From positions 348,590 through 412,589 of the forward strand of contig NW_005434671.1 of NCBI RefSeq assembly GCF_000315625.1: 64,000 nucleotides of DNA. Direction: 5' to 3'. The translations under genes and the position numbers were made by a program. This DNA comes from Guillardia theta CCMP2712. Taxonomy: Eukaryota > Protista > Cryptophyta. Below the pieces are notes generated by a model. That model worked only from the letters and a program-made list of their open reading frames with translations, did no database searches and was not told the DNA's origin. This document shows positions 62,801-64,000 of this stretch, in pieces (the first letter of the stretch is position 1; each line of letters starts with the position of its first letter).

Positions 62801-64000
62801 CGGCAAACTGGAGGACCCTCGACTCCTCCGCCAAGTTTGCAGAGATCAACTTCGAGGACGACTGCTCCAAGGCGACGGGCAAGGAGCTGGAGAGGAGGAG
62901 GAGGGCCGTGCACGCTGCGCTAGCTCACCTGCTGTTCGAGGAGAAGGGGAGGAAGCTCAACGATCAGCGCATCTCGCAGGCCCTCGCGACCGTCACCTCG
63001 GGAGTGATCGACGCGATCCTGCCGGGGGGCCAGCTGATTCCCTTCCCCGAGAACAACTTCGAGATGATGACGGCGACGGGCGCCAAGGGCTCCAAGGTGA
63101 ACATGTCGCAGATCTGCTGCCTGCTCGGTCAGCAGCAGCTCGAGGGCCAGCGTGTGCCGGTGATGGCGAGCGGGAAGACACTGCCATGCTTCCAGCCGCT
63201 GGAGACAGACGCGAGGGCAGGCGGGTTCGTGGGCGACCGATTTTTGACAGGCATCCGACCACAGGTGAGAGAGAAAGGGAGGAGGAGAGGGAGAGGGAGA
63301 GGGGAAAAGCTGTTCGTTCCCTGCTATCTTTCTCCATCCTAGACATCACTACGAGAATCTCTTCCCAGCACTTCCACCTGCACTACTCGCTCCTTGTCCA
63401 TCCTCATCGCCTTGGCCTCTCCTCCCCACTTGGTCCTCGTGCTCACCGCCATGACTCATGTCTCTTGCAGGAGTACTTCTTCCACTGCATGGCAGGACGA
63501 GAGGGTCTGGTTGACACAGCAGTCAAGACCTCGAGGTCTGGTTACCTCCAGCGATGCCTAATGAAGCACCTCGAGTCCCTTACGGTACTCTCCTCCCCCC
63601 TTCCCTCCTCCCCCCTTCCTCCCTCCCCTTCCCCCCTCCCCCCCTTCCCTCCTTCCCTCCTGCCCCTCCCCCTCCCCCCTTCCTCCTCCTCCTCCTTCTA
63701 CTCCTACTCCTACTCCTACTCCTACTCCTACTCCTACTCCTGCTCTTAATCCGTCTGCTCCTCCTCCTACACCTGCTCCTACTCTTACTCCGTCTGTTCC
63801 TCCTCCTACTCCTACTCCTGCTCCTACTCCTGCTCCTACTCCGTCTGTTCCTCCTCGTCCTCATCCTCCTCCTTCTCTGCTTCTTCCTTCCTCCTCATCT
63901 CCCCTCACTCTCCTCGCAGGTGGCATACGATCGCACTGTGCGAGACAACGATGGAGGAGTCATTCAGTTCCTGTACGGTGAAGACGGCATCGACCCAGTT
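59894..64000 (+). CDS. RPA1: RNA polymerase I largest subunit (5' part; runs off the window)
   Basis: [13 protein letters not shown]...[106 protein letters not shown]. Confidence 0.97.

Overview
This is eukaryotic nuclear DNA from an alga with a complex plastid. I infer a cryptophyte such as Guillardia theta from the bipartite signal+F transit presequences, the many 40-70 bp GT-AG introns and the CCT/GA microsatellite-rich introns. Three 100-N scaffold gaps are present. Clearly recognisable genes: PRP6, a PPP phosphatase, an RNI-like LRR protein, a DUF2891 protein, intronless cytosolic HSP90, ATP sulfurylase, an IQ-motif protein, a plastid thylakoid protein (PsbQ/PsaQ-like), a C2-patatin phospholipase, a TBL/PC-esterase-like protein, malic enzyme, a family-16 methyltransferase and RPA1 (partial). 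The most notable items are five. (1) An intact, spliced ~1160-aa P-element/THAP9-superfamily DDE transposase at 12.57-16.11 kb with no visible terminal inverted repeats (TIRs). (2) A 1.2-kb non-coding array of seven inverted-repeat units at 27.7-28.9 kb, built on a 15-bp half-site CAACAATRYGAADCG that recurs four times downstream of the transposase. (3) A strand-polarised GGGTA/TACCC motif that marks divergent promoters. (4) Enzymes with unexpected targeting signals: a mitochondrial-type presequence on ATP sulfurylase and an MGCGSS dual-acylation motif on malic enzyme. (5) A split, degenerate EHD-like G domain in a giant EF-hand protein. All exon boundaries and family assignments were made by eye, with no database searches.
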